Positions 61,301 to 62,000 of a stretch of 62,000 bases of DNA are shown here, one piece after another. A model generated the notes under the pieces. That model saw only the letters and a program-made list of their open reading frames with translations, was not told the DNA's origin and did not search any database. The number at the start of each line of letters is the position of its first letter. Position 1 is the stretch's first letter. Origin of the DNA: Botryllus schlosseri (lineage: Eukaryota); assembly GCA_051294905.1 (NCBI GenBank), contig CM119373.1:186001-248000 (forward strand). Direction: 5' to 3'. The position numbers and the translations under genes were made by a program.

Positions 61301-62000
61301 AAACGCCAAGAGCGTCTGCCGCCACAGCGGCATGAAGAGGAGTCCTGCCTGTGTTGTCTTTCATGTTGGCGTCAGCACCCGCGTCTAGAAGTCGTTTGGC
61401 TGCGTCTGCACGAGCGTATCTAGCCGCTAAGTGTAATGGTGTTTCTCCTGAAAAAGTCGTAAACTGTTATATTTATCAAGAAAACTTGAAAAATTTTTCA
61501 AATTTACTGGCAACTCCATGAAACTGTTGAATTATCTGAAAAACGATGCCTATCAAATCAGGCTCAATTCCAACTGGTAGAAACAAAGTTATTGGAGTTC
61601 AAAATTTCGGATTTGAAAAGATAGTTTTTACGACGGGAAATTATTCAGTTATTGTGGATGAGACTATGAGTTCAAATCTAAAACTTTATCTATAAAATTT
61701 TGCTTCTACTGGTTAGAATTGGTTCAAATTTGGAGTGCAGTGTGTACAATGTAGTAAATTACAGTATAGTACAGTACAAGTAAGTAATAGGCAAGTGCAT
61801 TCCACACTAGTGCACACTGTCCACGGCCTGTAATATGGGTGTTACAGGAACATGATGAAAAGTAGACGTAGCATCAACTGACCTGTTCGTTCAGTCTGTG
61901 ATTGTAAGGATGCTCCTTGCATCAGAAGAGACGCGATCATGTTTTCACTTCCTTCTGCCTCGTTCCCGTCTCCGATCTCTTCCTCTTCTAGAACCTCGAT
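49272..62000 (-). CDS. Notch: Notch receptor, intracellular 3' part (gene continues beyond the window)
   Basis: Phase-consistent GT-AG exons: >62000-61883, 61447-61258, 60449-60138, 58109-57970, 56634-56376, 55396-55198, 55118-54991, 54050-53918, 53856-53707, 49514-49272. Notch ankyrin repeats ([60 protein letters not shown]), basic NLS, poly-Q and PEST. Confidence 0.97.
50780..50945 (-). pseudogene. hAT transposase C-terminal dimerisation-domain remnant
   Basis: Minus strand [36 protein letters not shown] / [10 protein letters not shown] with one frameshift. Confidence 0.8.
51249..52401. mobile_element. Non-autonomous hAT (Buster/Charlie-like) element
   Basis: TIR CAGAGGTCTCAAAC / GTTTGAGACCTCTG; perfect TSD ATCTAGCC; GCGGCCCGCG subterminal motifs. 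Confidence 0.92.
54076..54521. mobile_element. GACTCGAGTC-family MITE in a Notch intron
   Basis: CAGGGTTGTAAT / ATTACAACCCTG; perfect TSD GTTTTTAA. Confidence 0.92.
55276..55326 (-). repeat. Coding (CAA)n microsatellite, 17 Gln (opa-like)
   Basis: 16 CAA + 1 CAG codons inside Notch exon 55396-55198. Confidence 0.95.
58321..59535 (+). mobile_element. hAT deletion derivative in a Notch intron
   Basis: TIR TAGAGATGTAC / GTACATCTCTA; perfect TSD CAATATAT; GGATC subterminal repeats; transposase remnant inside. Confidence 0.93.
58851..59075 (+). pseudogene. hAT transposase dimerisation-domain remnant
   Basis: LKYW...[28 protein letters not shown]. Confidence 0.85.
59828..60102. repeat. AGTT(C/G)T-based compound minisatellite
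   Basis: GAGTAGTTCTAGTTGTAGTTG...TTTTGAAAAGA units of ~30-40 bp; a similar short tract lies at ~40764-40810. Confidence 0.85.
60138..60449 (-). CDS. Notch: Notch ankyrin-repeat exon
   Basis: [22 protein letters not shown]...[16 protein letters not shown]...[21 protein letters not shown]...DHMD. Confidence 0.97.
61258..61447 (-). CDS. Notch: Notch ankyrin-repeat exon
   Basis: [62 protein letters not shown]; missed by the ORF track. Confidence 0.96.

Overview
AT-rich, intron-containing animal genomic DNA densely packed with transposons. A marine invertebrate such as a tunicate is a tentative guess, not established. Two host loci lie on the minus strand. (1) The 3' part of a Notch receptor gene (ankyrin repeats, NLS, poly-Q, PEST; 10 exons traced from the window edge at 62000 to the stop at 49272). 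(2) A 13-exon SLC6 Na+/Cl- neurotransmitter/amino-acid transporter locus (37822-17614) that looks pseudogenised: two clear 1-nt frameshifts, a likely third, and one exon truncated and fused to a Myb/SANT transposon remnant. Mobile DNA includes a probable Polinton/Maverick right end (1-5740), a young gag-less Ty3/Gypsy LTR element (6862-9676), a decayed CACTA/EnSpm element, a Harbinger with an intact nuclease ORF, a piggyBac-type MITE, tRNA-derived SINEs and many nested hAT elements with 8-bp TSDs. The most unusual signal is in the Gypsy element: its primer-binding position is a 28-nt inverted copy of its own LTR, suggesting tRNA-independent self-priming. All calls come from manual reading of the sequence; no database searches were run.
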